From positions 6,176,001 to 6,240,000 of the forward strand of contig OZ244561.1 of assembly GCA_965217585.1 (NCBI GenBank): a stretch of DNA of 64,000 nt, in the 5' to 3' direction. This stretch comes from Candidatus Latescibacterota bacterium. GTDB lineage: Bacteria; Latescibacterota; UBA2968; UBA8231. Numbering within the stretch: the first letter of the stretch is position 1; the number at the start of each line of letters is the position of its first letter. The notes beneath the pieces are model-generated. The model worked only from the letters and a program-made list of their open reading frames with translations. It did not search any database and was not told where the DNA came from. Shown one piece after another: positions 10,728 through 20,641 of the stretch. The position numbers and the translations under genes are program-made.

Positions 10728-12946
10728 TCGGTATTGGGCACTTGTTCTACCGACCCGTGCCAGAAGGCGATCCGCTCGCGTTTCCACGTATAGGTAATGG
10801 CCATGCCGACTTGGGTGGGGATGATCGCCGGATAGGAGTACTCGCCGTCGGCGGTTTCTAAGTCCAAGCGGCGCGGCCACGTCTGCCCATTGTCCGATGA
10901 GAGTAGGATCGACAGCGGGGTGCGCGTGCGCTCCACCGGGTTGCAGACTAAGGCGAGGGTGCCGTCGTGGAGGCGGGCTACGTCGAGGCCGCTGTTGTTG
11001 TTGGGCAGGTCCGTCGGATGGAGCGGCGACCAAGTCCGTCCTCCGTCTGCTGAGTCGCTGCGACCGATCCGCCCGCAGGTGCTGCGGGCCAGCAGATGCA
11101 CCCGCCCCGGGGCCGATTCCCAAAGCGTCGGCTGGATCGCGCCGCGGCCGGTAAAGAGCGAGCGGTCGCGTACTATGAGATCGCTGGCCTGCCAAGTCGC
11201 GCCTCGGTCCGTGCTGCGATCGACAAAGACCTCCCACCCTTCCTTTTCCAGCGAGGCCCCGGCCAGCCACGTGCCGTCGGCGAGCACGAGGAGCTTGTTT
11301 TTGACCGGCCCGCGCCCGCCTCGGTCGCCCGGTACTAGTGCTCGCGGCTCGGTCCAAGTTTGGCCGTCGTCGGCCGATTCTATCACCCAAGTCTCCCAAT
11401 CGGCTATTCGCTCGCCCACCTTGAAGAACAGATAGACGCAGCCGTCGCCGCTGGCGTGGAGCACTGGATTCCAGTGGGCGCAATCGCGCACCTTGGCCAA
11501 GCAGCGCGGGGCCGACCAACGCCCGTGCCGGCGCTCGGCTCCCCAGATCCCGACGTCCGCGTGGCTCTCGCGGGTGCCGCCAAACCACGCGGCGAGAAAC
11601 GCGCCGTTTTTGAGCTGCACCAAGGTTGAGGCATGGCACTGGGCGAAGGGCTGGTCGTCGGCAAACAGGTGCTCGCGGATGTGGATCAAGTGGCGCAGGT
11701 AGTCGCCGTAGGCGGATAGATCAAGCGACTGGCCGCCGGCCTCAATGGCTTGCTGGATCGCGGCGAGGGGCGCGTCCTGCAAGTCGCGTCCCTCGCGCTG
11801 GCAGATCCGCGCCGTCGTGCCGGCCGCAAAGCCCATCTGGGCGCAGGTCGCTTGGATGCGGAAGGAACTCATGGCCATCTGGTCGCCCGCGGCCGAGCGC
11901 CCGGCCACTAGCAGATTAGCGGCTCCTTTGGGCACTAGACTACGCAGGGGGATGTGATACGGCTCGACCATGGTGGTAATGCCCGTGCCGGCGCGCTCGA
12001 CTCGGTCGGGCCAGTGGTAGTCGAGATGGTAGGTGCCCACTGCCACTGAGTCGGGGAACGTGCAGGCATGGGTGACGTCCTCCTCGGTCAGGAGATATTC
12101 GCCGACAATGCGCCGTCCCTCGCGGGCACCGATGTGCCGGGAGACCGAGGCGAGGACGTGGGTGTCGAGCCGGGTGCCGCGGTAGCCCTTAGTCTGCAAG
12201 TAGTAAATCAGCCCCATCATCTGCCGCCGCGCATGTAGTTCGGCGCGGGACAGGCTCTGGCCATCGGCCGCGTCAAACCCCACGACCTTCATCTTGACTT
12301 CGACCTTGCCGGAGGGGAAGACGTGCAAGGTGGTCATGGGCAGGGCCTCGTCGTCGTCCCAAGTTGGGCAGCCCGGTGGCAAGAAGGGGGTGACGGGTCG
12401 GCCGGTGTCCCACAGCGCAAAGTAAAGGCTCATGGGCAGTTGTTTGTTGGCCCCCTCGTGGATGGTCGCAAACCCGGCCGCGTGGGCTAGGGCGCAGTCG
12501 CCGGTGGCATCGACGACCATGCCGGGCCGGAACTCGATGCGGTCAGAGGCGCAGGCAACCTCGACCGAGGCGATGTGTCCGCCGGTGCGTTGCGCTGTCA
12601 AGGCGCGGGCATGGAAGAGGATTTCGACGCCGGCTGAGGCGACCATTTCCTGCAAAAAGAAGGCGCACAATTCCAAGTCGTATGCACGGCGGTCGGCGAG
12701 CGGGTCGTACTCGGCGATGAGTTCGTGCTGGGCCAAGGTCGCGACGAGGCGGGCAAAAGGGGTGTTGACGCGCCGGCTATCGCCGCAAAAACCAGCGACG
12801 CCCCCGGCCGTGCCTTGGCCTCCCAAGACATTGGCCGGCTCGACAATGGCAACGGTGGTAGCGGGCGTTTTGGCGGCGAGTGCGGCAAAGGTGCCGGCCA
12901 TGCCGCCGCCGAGGACCAAGGTGTCGATGGGGCGGGTGATGGGCAT
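10724..12946 (-). CDS. FAD-dependent oxidoreductase fused to BNR/Asp-box sialidase-like propeller
   Basis: VLGGGMAG, LGGQGTAG, VDATGD, REGRRIVGEY; Asp-boxes SADDGQTW, STDRGATW, SADGGRTW, SSDNGQTW; likely start at MPITRP (the ORF track extends to 13030). Confidence 0.8.
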   Translation of the reverse strand: MPITRPIDTLVLGGGMAGTFAALAAKTPATTVAIVEPANVLGGQGTAGGVAGFCGDSRRVNTPFARLVATLAQHELIAEYDPLADRRAYDLELCAFFLQEMVASAGVEILFHARALTAQRTGGHIASVEVACASDRIEFRPGMVVDATGDCALAHAAGFATIHEGANKQLPMSLYFALWDTGRPVTPFLPPGCPTWDDDEALPMTTLHVFPSGKVEVKMKVVGFDAADGQSLSRAELHARRQMMGLIYYLQTKGYRGTRLDTHVLASVSRHIGAREGRRIVGEYLLTEEDVTHACTFPDSVAVGTYHLDYHWPDRVERAGTGITTMVEPYHIPLRSLVPKGAANLLVAGRSAAGDQMAMSSFRIQATCAQMGFAAGTTARICQREGRDLQDAPLAAIQQAIEAGGQSLDLSAYGDYLRHLIHIREHLFADDQPFAQCHASTLVQLKNGAFLAAWFGGTRESHADVGIWGAERRHGRWSAPRCLAKVRDCAHWNPVLHASGDGCVYLFFKVGERIADWETWVIESADDGQTWTEPRALVPGDRGGRGPVKNKLLVLADGTWLAGASLEKEGWEVFVDRSTDRGATWQASDLIVRDRSLFTGRGAIQPTLWESAPGRVHLLARSTCGRIGRSDSADGGRTWSPLHPTDLPNNNSGLDVARLHDGTLALVCNPVERTRTPLSILLSSDNGQTWPRRLDLETADGEYSYPAIIPTQVGMAITYTWKRERIAFWHGSVEQVPNTD

Positions 12947-13307
12947 AGGGGCATCCGTTTGTTGGAGGGAATGGGAGTAATATGTGCACTCAGGAGGGCA
13001 GGGAACAGACGGCGGCGGGGTGTTTGACACTGTTCAACGCCCCGTCTTCCGTTTTTAAGACCCTTATAGAAACCGCGTAGAAAGGAGCACAACCGATCGT
13101 GCTATGGCTTGACACATACCCCTAATCGTGTGCATTTTAGTAACCACAATCGTATGTATCTTCATATTGGCTGATGTCAAAATAGAAAATGGTTCATAAC
13201 CCGACATTTGATAGGACCGCGCTTGGTGCCGTGGCCCCATGTAGCGTCCAGTCCCGAGCTTTGGACGACAAGGATAACTTCATAAGTCGTTCAAAAACAG
13301 TTATTTA

Positions 13308-13324
13308 CCCCCCCCCCCCCCCCC
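13308..13324 (+). repeat. Homopolymeric C17 tract
   Basis: 17 consecutive C upstream of the surface-protein gene. Confidence 0.9.
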
Positions 13325-13644
13325 TCATTCTCTAAGACCCACTAGCTCCATACTGCGGCCAAGTCATATTTGGCCGCGCCTGCTCGGTTCTTTGCCGAGT
13401 ACCGATGGGCCGAAGGTCGCTTCTGTTCTGCGACCTGCTATAAACGTTTGTCCTTTATTGGCAGACGTTGGCCATCCTTTTTTGCGCCTGTCCGCAAACG
13501 TTCGTTCTCCCCTTAGCACACGATCCTCACGACCGATGCGGACCGATGTGTTGGAGGTCGTCTCTGTTGAACAAACACGACCTCGGCGGGGATTGAACCG
13601 GGCACTGGCGCTCGTCAACCACCCTCTGTGAAAGGAGATTTATC

Positions 13645-16600
13645 GTGAAGAACTTAGATCATATCGCTTCAGCTATCGCCGAGGCCATGAGTGTACATCG
13701 GTGGCGGGAGCAACGCCGCCCGCCATCGCCGCTTGACCGCCTGCCGCCCCGGTGGGGCGGCCGTCCTTCCCCATCGACTGCATCCGCCGCCGGTCCGCTG
13801 GCGGCGCGCGCGCGCTACGCGCTGGTGGCCGTGGCGTGCCTCGGCCTCACCTGTGTACTCGCCCTGCCGGTCGCGGCTCAGACCCTCTCGGACGACGTGA
13901 CGCTGAGCGCGCTGGTGGTCAACGACGGCAGCGCCGACCTGCCGCTGGAGCCGACCTTCAACTCAGCGACGGCCAGTTTCGGCGAATACTACGTGGATGT
14001 AAGCCACGATGTCGAGGAGGTGACGGTGACGGCAACGCCGAACCATTCCGGCGCGACGGTGGAATATGATCCCCCGAACGTGTTGCCCCTGGAGGTCGGC
14101 TATCAGGGCATCAGGATCTATGTGACCTCGGAAGACGGAGTTGAGGATGAGACCTACAAGGTGGGGGTGTTCCGGGCGCCGCCCGCGACGCCGTCCTGCA
14201 CGCTGAACCCGGGCGACATCTGGTGCTCGCTGCTCCCCGTCACTTTGAACGATCCCGCCCTTCTCGGCGCGAGTATTGGGGCCCTGTCCGACTTCGACTT
14301 CACCTACAAGGGCTACAAGTACTGGTTCCGGTCGATCCGCCTCGATGATCGAGACGGTGAACTCCGCGTCATTTTCTACCCCCTCTACCCCTTCAACAGG
14401 CTGACCGAACGGGCCGCCGTGGGCGCTCTCGATAAGCTGTATCTGCAAGTCGAGAACGAGTCGTTCCGTTTCTCGGAGAACGAGCGGCCTTCTTGGAGTA
14501 CGGCGCACCACCCATGGAGTGACAGCGGTCTGGAGTGGTCGGAAGGGACCACCGTCACGGTGCGGCTGCGGGAAAACCCCCCCGAGGTCGAGTCGGTGGA
14601 GGAGACGAGTTGGCCGCAATCGGGGGGGCACGTGTACAGGTGGGGCGATACGATCTTGTTCACCCTGACCTTCAGCGGGAAGGTGCGGGTGGAGGGCCAG
14701 CCAACGCTGGTCTTCGACCTGGGCGGGAGCGACCGTGAGGCACGGTTCTGGGGGCTGTCGGACATCGACTATACGAAGGACGGTCCGCGGCCGCGGCCGC
14801 GGCCGGAAGCGGTGAAGGTGCATTTCGGCTACACGGTGCAGCCGGGCGACTTCGACTCCGACGGCGTCGAGGTCGGGGAGCTGTCGAGCGCGATACGGCT
14901 CGGCGACGCTCGGATCCTGAGCGCTGCGAACGGCGACGAGGTGGAGCTCTCCTATGCCGCGCTCGGCCGGCTGATGGACCACACGGTCGACGGCGGGTCG
15001 ACGCAACCGCCGGCGGATGCCGGGGTCACGATCGTCGATACCGACGGCAATCCGCTCGCGCAGGTGAACGGGGAGTACCGGCTGGTGATTCCCGAGAACA
15101 CCTTGGGGCGCTACGGGCTGAAGCTGAACACCCGACCGACGCACCCGGTGGATTTCTCGGCGATCTATGGCGACGGCGACGAGGATCTGCGGGTATTGCC
15201 GACCTACACGCCACTGTCGATCGCGCCGGACGAGTGGGAGACCACGTATTGGATGGAAATCCGGGCGTGGCGCGACGACGACGCGGTGGACGGGGAGCGG
15301 GTCTTCCATAACCGCGTGCACAGCAAGGACCCGGTGTACAACGACCTCATCCTTCCCGATGTCCTCGTGGTTGAGGACGACGACGATGCTACGGCGTCGG
15401 CCACGGCGTTGGAGGAATCGTCGGGCGAAGATGACTTGGGAACGTCCGCCGGGCATTCGGAGCCGCAAGAGGAGGACGAGATTACCGCGCTGACGGCGAG
15501 CTTTGAGGACGAGCCGAGCGGGCATGACGGGGAGAGCGCATTCACGCTGCGGATCGCGTTCAGCGAGGCGGTCGCGATCGACGCCCCCAGCGTGGGGGTG
15601 ATCAACGGCTCGGTGACCGAGGTCCGGCGCGTGGACGGACGCGACGACCTGTGGGAGATCACCGTGGTGCCGGCGTCGAACGAGATGGTGTTCGTCTCGC
15701 TCTTGCAACCGCTGGCCTGCGGCGAGACGGGCGCGATCTGCACGGCTGACGGACGGCCGTTGTCGGTGGGCATCTCGACGGTGGTGCCGGGGCCGGAGGA
15801 ATTGTCGGGCACCTCCGAGGAACAGGTGTCGGAGGAATTGTCGGACGATTCGGGTGCCGAGGAGACCGCCCAGCAGCCGAAGTCGGATGATTCGTCGGGG
15901 AATCGGAAATCCACCGATGGTAACGCGCCGCGCGGTACTGCTACCTCTACCGCTGGCGGCGATTCCTCAGACGCTAGTGAAAGCGAGGAGCAACAGGAGT
16001 CCCCCAATACCGAGGAGCCGTCCACGCCCACCGTTGAGTCGGAGGAATCGTCGGACGATCCGGGTGGCGGTGGCACCTCCGAGGAACAGGCGTCGGAGGA
16101 ATCGTCGGACGATCCGGGTGGCGGTGGCACCTCCGAGGAACAGGTGTCGGAGGAATCGTCGGACGATCCGGGTGGCGGTGGCACCTCCGAGGAACAGGTG
16201 TCGGAGGAATCGTCGGGCGATTCGGGTGGCGAGGAGACCGCCCAACAACCGAAGTCGGAGGAATCGTCGGACGATTCGGGTGGCGAGGAGACCTCAAAGC
16301 AAGCAGAGTCGGAGGAATCGTCGGACGATTCGGGTGGCGGTGAGCCCTCCGAGGAACAGGTGTCGGAGGAATCGTCGGGCGATCCGGGTGACGAGGAGCC
16401 GCCCACGCCCACCGTTGAGCTCGATGGCATATCCGCGAGTCATAGTTCGGTTAGCGAAAACGATGGGCCGGTGACCATCACGGTGACCGTGACGTTGGAC
16501 AAAGCCGCTGCGGTTGACGAGACGATCACCCTCGCGATTGTCTCCCCAACATTAGGCAAGACGGCCAAGCAAGGCGAGGATTTCGACGCGACATTAGATG

Positions 16601-17322
16601 GAACCATCACCATTGCAAAAGGCCAGAGAACGGGGACGGCGCAGCTTATCCTGACGCCCAAGGACAACGCGACGGCCGATGGCCCTAGGGCCTTCGCTGT
16701 GCTGGCTACTTCGTCGAGTGGACACCAAGCTCTGATCAATATCAGGATCGACGACGACGACGAGGCCGACGGCGAGGCCGACGACGAAATGGCCGACGGC
16801 GAGGCCGACGACGAAATGGCCGACGACGAGGCCGACGATAGCGGGATGGCCGACGAGGCCGACGGCGAGCTGGCCGACGACGACGATGGCGAGGCCGACG
16901 ACGGGATGGCCGACGGCGAGGACGATAAGGCCGACGACGACGATGGCGAGGCCGACGACGAAATGGCCGACGGCGAGGACGGCGAGGCCGACGGCGAGGA
17001 CGATGAGGCCGACGACGAGATGGCCCTTGCTTTCGCCGGGGCGGTCGCAGACCAAGCGTACACCGCTGGTGCGGCGATTACCGCGCTGCAACTGCCGGAA
17101 GCTATGGGCGGTGAAGGCGATATAACGTACCGCGTCTTCGACTTGCCTGCTGGCTTGACGTTTGACGCGGACACGCGGACGATTTCGGGCACGCCCGAAG
17201 CCGCCACCGCTGGGGCCGTTGAGGTCACCTACTTGGCGCAGGACAGCGCAGGAGCCGGCGCTACGTTGACCTTCTCCATCACGGTCAACCCGGAGCTGAG
17301 ATTGGGACTCGGCGACTCTTAA
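13645..17322 (+). CDS. Large acidic surface/adhesin-like protein (cadherin-like beta-sandwich, Calx-beta-like, putative Ig domain)
   Basis: AAAGGAG RBS before GTG; hydrophobic signal ending PVAAQ; DDVTLSALVV...VTVTATPN cadherin-like; SVSENDG...DFDAT Calx-like; LPAGLTFDADTRTISGTP Ig-like. Confidence 0.8.
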   Translation: MKNLDHIASAIAEAMSVHRWREQRRPPSPLDRLPPRWGGRPSPSTASAAGPLAARARYALVAVACLGLTCVLALPVAAQTLSDDVTLSALVVNDGSADLPLEPTFNSATASFGEYYVDVSHDVEEVTVTATPNHSGATVEYDPPNVLPLEVGYQGIRIYVTSEDGVEDETYKVGVFRAPPATPSCTLNPGDIWCSLLPVTLNDPALLGASIGALSDFDFTYKGYKYWFRSIRLDDRDGELRVIFYPLYPFNRLTERAAVGALDKLYLQVENESFRFSENERPSWSTAHHPWSDSGLEWSEGTTVTVRLRENPPEVESVEETSWPQSGGHVYRWGDTILFTLTFSGKVRVEGQPTLVFDLGGSDREARFWGLSDIDYTKDGPRPRPRPEAVKVHFGYTVQPGDFDSDGVEVGELSSAIRLGDARILSAANGDEVELSYAALGRLMDHTVDGGSTQPPADAGVTIVDTDGNPLAQVNGEYRLVIPENTLGRYGLKLNTRPTHPVDFSAIYGDGDEDLRVLPTYTPLSIAPDEWETTYWMEIRAWRDDDAVDGERVFHNRVHSKDPVYNDLILPDVLVVEDDDDATASATALEESSGEDDLGTSAGHSEPQEEDEITALTASFEDEPSGHDGESAFTLRIAFSEAVAIDAPSVGVINGSVTEVRRVDGRDDLWEITVVPASNEMVFVSLLQPLACGETGAICTADGRPLSVGISTVVPGPEELSGTSEEQVSEELSDDSGAEETAQQPKSDDSSGNRKSTDGNAPRGTATSTAGGDSSDASESEEQQESPNTEEPSTPTVESEESSDDPGGGGTSEEQASEESSDDPGGGGTSEEQVSEESSDDPGGGGTSEEQVSEESSGDSGGEETAQQPKSEESSDDSGGEETSKQAESEESSDDSGGGEPSEEQVSEESSGDPGDEEPPTPTVELDGISASHSSVSENDGPVTITVTVTLDKAAAVDETITLAIVSPTLGKTAKQGEDFDATLDGTITIAKGQRTGTAQLILTPKDNATADGPRAFAVLATSSSGHQALINIRIDDDDEADGEADDEMADGEADDEMADDEADDSGMADEADGELADDDDGEADDGMADGEDDKADDDDGEADDEMADGEDGEADGEDDEADDEMALAFAGAVADQAYTAGAAITALQLPEAMGGEGDITYRVFDLPAGLTFDADTRTISGTPEAATAGAVEVTYLAQDSAGAGATLTFSITVNPELRLGLGDS
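16039..16400 (+). repeat. 54-bp in-frame tandem repeats (SEESSDDPGGGGTSEEQV)
   Basis: Units start at 16039, 16093, 16147 and 16201, followed by degenerate copies. Confidence 0.9.
16750..17022 (+). repeat. Short acidic repeats (DEADGE/ADDEM)
   Basis: Repeated GAGGCCGACG-type units coding a D/E/A/G low-complexity tract. Confidence 0.85.
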
Positions 17323-17352
17323 CTCAAATAGGCCCTGCCCCTCGACCCCTGC

Positions 17353-17389
17353 AAAGCGCCCGATGTCTCCTTGGCATCGGGCGCTTTTT
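17353..17389 (+). terminator. Rho-independent terminator
   Basis: AAAGCGCCCGATG-loop-CATCGGGCGCTTTTT after the surface-protein stop. Confidence 0.85.
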
Positions 17390-17514
17390 CATGCACTGAT
17401 ACCTGACACCCGACGCGAGTTTTAAGAATGCTTCTTAGGACCAGACGAAAATCGCCGGTTTGTCCTCCGAATCACGGCTAGGGATATTACAGTAAATGAC
17501 GTTACGCGGCGGGC

Positions 17515-17790
17515 CTACTCGTCGGCTTCTAACAGGCGTCTAAAGGCTTCGAGGCTGGGCACCTGTATGGCCGCCCGATGTAACTGCTTGAGGCGCTGCA
17601 CATCGTCAATGGCCTCAATGCGGTCGGCCAACTGGCGGGCTTCCTCCGGCTGAAAGCGCAGGGCCAACACTTCGAGGAGAAATTCTCGGCCCCCCTGCTC
17701 AATGCCCTGCTCCAGTCCTTCCTCAACACCTTGTTTGCGGGCTTGTTCGGTCAGGTATTGGGCAACGGGTGATTCGCGGATAATATCCAT
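17515..17790 (-). CDS. Predicted internally translated small Rpn C-terminal protein (RpnS-like, 91 aa)
   Basis: In-frame ATG (Met216) preceded by TAAGGAGG with 5-nt spacing. Confidence 0.65.
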   Translation of the reverse strand: MDIIRESPVAQYLTEQARKQGVEEGLEQGIEQGGREFLLEVLALRFQPEEARQLADRIEAIDDVQRLKQLHRAAIQVPSLEAFRRLLEADE

Positions 17791-18435
17791 CAGGCCCTCC
17801 TTAAAAAAAATGGCAGAAACGGTGTCTGGTGCGTACACCAACCCGCTCAGCAGCGACATCGCGGCTAGACAATCGGCTTTCGTCGACCGGTCCATCGTGT
17901 GTGCCTGTGCCGTACGCACACACGCCTGGAGCCAATCCTCCGACGCTTGCCCCGTCGCTGGCTTCATCAACGGCGCAAACGGCAGCAGTCCCATAGGCCC
18001 CGACTCTAAGATCGGTTGGCCGTCCTGTTCGCTCAGCCGGATCACTTGGTACTCAATTAAGATGCGGTGGCCGGGCTGCTCTTGGAAATAGTGTCCCGGA
18101 TCGCGCCGACCTGCCTCCGACCGCAGGTAGATCACGATAGCATACACCGGCAGGCCGTATTGCTCAACAAGCCGCCCGATGTAGCCGACCATCCGCCGCG
18201 GCATGGGCGGGTCGGTCCGGTCGGTGGTTTGAAACTCCGTATGAACCAACACCTCCTTGTCGCCGAGCCGCACGCGCAGCAGGCTATCAGTGCGGCGGGC
18301 TGCGACCGTGGGTTGCTCGGTGTCGAGCACGTCTAAGACTTCGATGTCGTCGCGACCGAAGGTGAAGCGGACAAAATCGTCGGGGTAGTGTTGAATCAAG
18401 TATTTGGAAATGGTATCAAAGTCAGACATCGGCAT
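17515..18435 (-). CDS. Rpn/YhgA-like recombination-promoting nuclease family protein
   Basis: FDTISKYL, RRTDSL...HTEFQ PD-(D/E)XK-like core, PVYAIVIYL, C-terminal EEGLEQGIEQG repeats. Confidence 0.8.
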   Translation of the reverse strand: MPMSDFDTISKYLIQHYPDDFVRFTFGRDDIEVLDVLDTEQPTVAARRTDSLLRVRLGDKEVLVHTEFQTTDRTDPPMPRRMVGYIGRLVEQYGLPVYAIVIYLRSEAGRRDPGHYFQEQPGHRILIEYQVIRLSEQDGQPILESGPMGLLPFAPLMKPATGQASEDWLQACVRTAQAHTMDRSTKADCLAAMSLLSGLVYAPDTVSAIFFKEGLMDIIRESPVAQYLTEQARKQGVEEGLEQGIEQGGREFLLEVLALRFQPEEARQLADRIEAIDDVQRLKQLHRAAIQVPSLEAFRRLLEADE

Positions 18436-18577
18436 TGCCTTGAGGCCGGGGTTAGGCCGTGCCCTGTTGCACCTTAAATAGGTAATGTGTGGACTGGGGG
18501 CCGCTTGTCAATTGGCGGGGAGGCCGCAGGCCCCAGGCGGGGAAGGCCGCAAAACATCGGGCCGACGCGCAGTTCCC

Positions 18578-19426
18578 CTAGGACCAGACAAAAATCTCCG
18601 GTTTGTCCGCCGACATGGCGAAGAAGCAGGCTAGCACGACGCGGCGGCGCTGGCGCGTTAGGCGTTCTACTTCGTGGATGTTTTCGGTGCAGAAGAAGTA
18701 GAGATCGCCCGGCGTCAGCCGGACTTGGACGCGGGGGATGCGGCGCTCGGCGACGTACTCGGCGAAGCGATCTTCGCGCAGGACTTCCTCGACGTGGGGC
18801 TGGGTGCCCCAGCACCGATAGATAAAGGGTTCGTCGGCGCTTGCTGCATCGCCGGTTTGCAAGCACAGCACCCCGGCGAATTGGCGCTGGAAGTTGGCGA
18901 CTGCGTATTCGTAGCCGGGGCGAGAGCGCTTGGCGACGGAGTCGTAGTGGGGTCTGTGGCCTTCGGCGGCGTGATACATGCGGAAGATGGCCGGTCCGTA
19001 GAGCCGTCCGTCTGGTTCGCGCGCGGTTTGTACTACTTTGCCCTCGGCTAGGTCGGATAGGGCTGCGTACATCGTGCGTACCGGATCTGCAAACCCCTCG
19101 AAGAGCGTTGCGAACAACTCGTGGGTGCCGGCGGCGTGGGCGAAGAAGGCCGCTGGGTCGGACCCGAGCCGTCCGAGGCTGGTGCCCAAGTCGAGATAGG
19201 GGCCGCCGCTTAGCTGGGAAGCTTGGCCCACGGTGGCCGGGTCGAAATAACCCCGCTCTTCAAAGCGGCGCATCAAGTCGCGGCAGTGGTCGGGCGAGTA
19301 AGCACCCCGCAGGATCACGGCGGGGACATCGCCGGCGGCTAAAGCGGTGAGAGGGCGGGGCAGGCTGTGCAGCAGAGCGGCCGTGCTGTGGGCCTCGGCG
19401 GGTGTCCAAGCGTTGGGCTGGGTCAT
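18578..19426 (-). CDS. 2OG-Fe(II) oxygenase-like protein
   Basis: HYD...PGDLYFF...IHEV...RRVV metal/2OG motifs. Confidence 0.65.
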   Translation of the reverse strand: MTQPNAWTPAEAHSTAALLHSLPRPLTALAAGDVPAVILRGAYSPDHCRDLMRRFEERGYFDPATVGQASQLSGGPYLDLGTSLGRLGSDPAAFFAHAAGTHELFATLFEGFADPVRTMYAALSDLAEGKVVQTAREPDGRLYGPAIFRMYHAAEGHRPHYDSVAKRSRPGYEYAVANFQRQFAGVLCLQTGDAASADEPFIYRCWGTQPHVEEVLREDRFAEYVAERRIPRVQVRLTPGDLYFFCTENIHEVERLTRQRRRVVLACFFAMSADKPEIFVWS

Positions 19427-19483
19427 GGGATTCCCTTATGGATAGTTGTAAAATTTCGTGTCAACTCGTTGTAGGCGTGTAGG

Positions 19484-20527
19484 TTATAATACGACCTCTC
19501 GGCCCGTGCGCGCCGACTCATAACAGGCATCGACGATCTTTTGCAGGTTGAGTAGCTGGCGGGCGTCCTGCATGTCCCAAGGCTCGCCGGCGCGGAGTTG
19601 GGCGATGAGGGTGGCGTCTTGGGTGTGGACGCTTCTGCCCCAGTCGTCGCCGTCGAGTTGAGGCGTTTGATCGACGATCTCGCCTTCGACATCGACCTTG
19701 ACCGCAAAGGGCTCGCCGGTGATGGTGGCTCGGGTAGTGGTCAGTTCAAAGCTGTGGAAGTTGGTCACCTCGCTGCACCAGTTGCCCTCCAAAGAGTAAA
19801 AGGTGCCGTTGTCAAAGCGCACCAAGCCGCTGATGAGGTCTTCGGCGTCGTAGCGCGCGTGGATGGCGGCATCGATCTTGGGTCCGCGCTTGCCGGGGAA
19901 GAGGCGGCGGGTGGCCGCACTGACGGTGAGCGGATTGGGCGAGCCGCCGACCCACATCGCCAAGTCGAGCGTGTGGACCAGGGTCGAGGCGAGGACCCCG
20001 CCGCCGGAAGTGGCTAGGTGGTAGTGCGGCCCCCAGACGGGCGGATCGTCGTGGCAGCCCCACGCCTTGGCGAACACGGGCTCGCCGATGGTGCCGCCTT
20101 GGACCAGGTCGTGCAAGTACCGCGAACTCGGCAGATAGCGCATGTTGGTGCCGAGCTGGACTTGTAGCCCGGTCTCCGCGGCCTTGGCGAGGACGGCTTC
20201 GGCCTGCGCGGCATTCATCATAAAGGGCTTTTCGCACAGCACGCAGGCCCCGGCGTCGAGGCTGGCCAAGGACATGGCCTCGTGCGTGTTGGGCATGGTG
20301 GCGACGATGACCAAGTCGAGGTCGCCGGGCGCGAGCATGTCCCGGTAGTCTTTGGCCGCGCGGGCTGCGGGCCAGAGCTGGCAGGCGGCGGCGAGGCGCT
20401 CGTCGTCGAGGTCGCAGACGGCAGCAACCGTCGCTTGGTCCGCGCCCAATGCCTTGATGCCGGCAAAGTGGACGTTGGCTTGAGTGCCGCAGCCGATCAT
20501 TCCAATGCGCACGGCGCGATCTAGCAT
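19484..20527 (-). CDS. Gfo/Idh/MocA family oxidoreductase
   Basis: IGCG, LCEKP, SGGGVL. Confidence 0.9.
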   Translation of the reverse strand: MLDRAVRIGMIGCGTQANVHFAGIKALGADQATVAAVCDLDDERLAAACQLWPAARAAKDYRDMLAPGDLDLVIVATMPNTHEAMSLASLDAGACVLCEKPFMMNAAQAEAVLAKAAETGLQVQLGTNMRYLPSSRYLHDLVQGGTIGEPVFAKAWGCHDDPPVWGPHYHLATSGGGVLASTLVHTLDLAMWVGGSPNPLTVSAATRRLFPGKRGPKIDAAIHARYDAEDLISGLVRFDNGTFYSLEGNWCSEVTNFHSFELTTTRATITGEPFAVKVDVEGEIVDQTPQLDGDDWGRSVHTQDATLIAQLRAGEPWDMQDARQLLNLQKIVDACYESARTGREVVL

Positions 20528-20641
20528 GGATAGTTCCTTTCTTGTGGTAGCTCAACACAGGTTTTCGGCGTATAATGTCCCAGAATACGTAGAGCGAAAC
20601 CCAACCGGCGTCAAGGTGCCGGACAAACGCGAGGCTTGGCT

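Noticed and set aside
16039-16400. Regular repeats resembling an array
   Set aside because: Contiguous in-frame coding repeats without unique spacers.
13963-17228. Long antisense ORFs (581, 408 and 262 aa) opposite the surface protein
   Set aside because: Shadow frames expected from high GC and repetitive codons; no recognisable motifs. The same applies to 5969-7246, 8333-9529 and 39354-40712.
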